NCBI RefSeq assembly: GCF_964204645.1
Contig: NC_134034.1
Location: 6,298,914-6,362,913, forward strand
Direction of reading: 5' to 3'
Origin: Tubulanus polymorphus
Taxonomy: Eukaryota; Animalia; Nemertea
Length of the DNA: 64,000 nucleotides
In this document: piece by piece, positions 62,701 to 64,000 of the stretch
Position numbering within the stretch: position 1 is the first letter of the stretch
How the letters are laid out: each line of letters starts with the position of its first letter
Position numbers and translations under genes: made by a program
Notes under the pieces: generated by a model
Told to the model about the DNA's origin: nothing
What the model saw: the letters and a program-made list of their open reading frames with translations, nothing else
Database searches by the model: none

Positions 62701-63448
62701 GAAATTAAAAATACTTCAACAACTCATTAGAATATTGCTGGGCTTAATAACTTGGGTTTGATAAGGGCTATTTATAGACCAACAGTTGAAGTATTTAAAT
62801 GATAGGCTAATTTAGTTCAAAGCCTACCGTGCAACAATTTTTCCGGGGACATGAGAAAACTGAACGCCAGTTTCATCGAGATTCCAAATATGCATCGGTT
62901 GAGCATTTAGCAATACTTTTGTGGCCGATCTAAAGAACATTCCAACCTTCTTAACATTCATGCACTGATGTCGGATTGCCGCAGTGCCCTCTGGCTTTCG
63001 GAGTGCAACAGTGGGGTTTCTAGTTTTAAAGCCAGCCCAGAACTGGTCACTCGGGATAATCTAAAAGTAAAATATATATACCAGTATTAATTATAAGGGA
63101 TAAACAACAACCTTTTAGTGAAAATCGTTGGCCTACCTGTTTAAATGGTGTCCCCCTTTTTAAGGCGAGATCACCCGCATATTTCAATAGATTTCCCTTT
63201 GAAAAACCGTAACCGAGGTCTGCACGGTTTTTCGCGAAATCCGCAAGTTTTGATTCATCTGCCTCAGACAGATTCGTCGGTCGACCTAGTTTCCTTCCTG
63301 CAGGAATTTTCCCACTTATTCGGTCATGTAATGTTGATTTTGGTACGCCAAAGTTTTTTGCTGCCGATAATATTGACATCCCATTCTGAACAGCCTCAAC
63401 AGCTTCACCCATTTGCACTTCTGTCCAACGCCGATACACTTTTGACAT
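59711..63448 (-). CDS. Multi-exon pogo/Tigger/Fot1-family (HTH-psq, CENP-B HTH, DDE_1) transposase, ~700 aa
   Basis: Predicted exons with consistent phases: 63448-63137, 63060-62828, 62586-62382, 62298-62111, 62018-61781, 61695-61642, 61520-61473, 61186-60976, 60852-60662, 60568-60527, [60448-60407], 60228-60176, 60083-60017, 59935-59711. All introns GT-AG except the donor of the bracketed exon. Motifs [31 protein letters not shown]. Confidence 0.85.
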
Positions 63449-64000
63449 ACTTAAAAATAAAAAACATTGTAAATATCATGTTGATTATAAAAATAATAAT
63501 AAAATGAATTCATTTTCTTTTATAAATAAGCCTTAATTATTTTCCTTAGTAAATATCATCACATGTTATTAGTTACAACCTGATCTCAGAATGGCATTTT
63601 CATAATTTAGGCCTACTGATAACTGTGTTATGGAGACTAGGTTATAGGCCTAGGCTCTGGGGCTAAAATGATGAATCAATTTGCATTTGTTTTCAGTATG
63701 CACTTTTTTGTGACAGTTATCTCAGAAAAAGGCCTGTTTGATGATAGACTACCGAGAAAACACACACAAATACCATCTATCCGAAATTACGTGAACGAGC
63801 CAGAATAACCGGGTATACGATATCCGAAATTATGTGTAGGCGAGCGAGTTTCTAAAAATCGCTGATATTTCATCAATGACCGTATTCCAATAGCGAATGA
63901 ATGTTTATAAACAAACTTTTTACTTCCTAGAACTTCTTAGTAGTGTTTACATAACAGCTGGCCGCGAAATGCCGTAAAAATGGGGCAATCAATAATGTAC

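Overview
Eukaryotic (animal, probably marine invertebrate) repeat-dense DNA with no recognisable conventional host gene. 1-19.5 kb is a head-to-tail array of Helentron-associated non-autonomous (HINE/DINE-1-like) elements carrying a 31-bp satellite, with a second HINE family nested inside the satellite. Three decayed fragments of Polinton/Maverick (adintovirus-like) endogenous viruses lie at 19.5-25.5 kb, 30.3-32.2 kb (inside a Gypsy element) and 50.9-59.4 kb. Together they encode pPolB, a retroviral-type integrase with chromodomain, an A32/FtsK-type ATPase, major and minor capsid proteins, and 5'-AGTAAT termini. The window also holds a Gypsy LTR element with an extra zinc-finger ORF, a large MULE transposon (PHD + vertnin/OTU-like + DDE), nested MULE-type MITEs with 9-bp TSDs, and an apparently intact 14-exon pogo-family transposase. 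Main discovery: the Polinton pPolB carries a full LAGLIDADG intein in its catalytic YxD/TDS motif that resembles giant-virus PolB inteins. Nearly every Polinton gene starts in a poxvirus-late-promoter-like (W)ATAAATG, and a poxvirus VLTF3-like remnant sits next to the polymerase. Together these suggest a virophage-like Polinton that exploits a poxvirus/NCLDV helper in an animal host (inference). Family assignments are from motif recognition by eye; no database searches were run.
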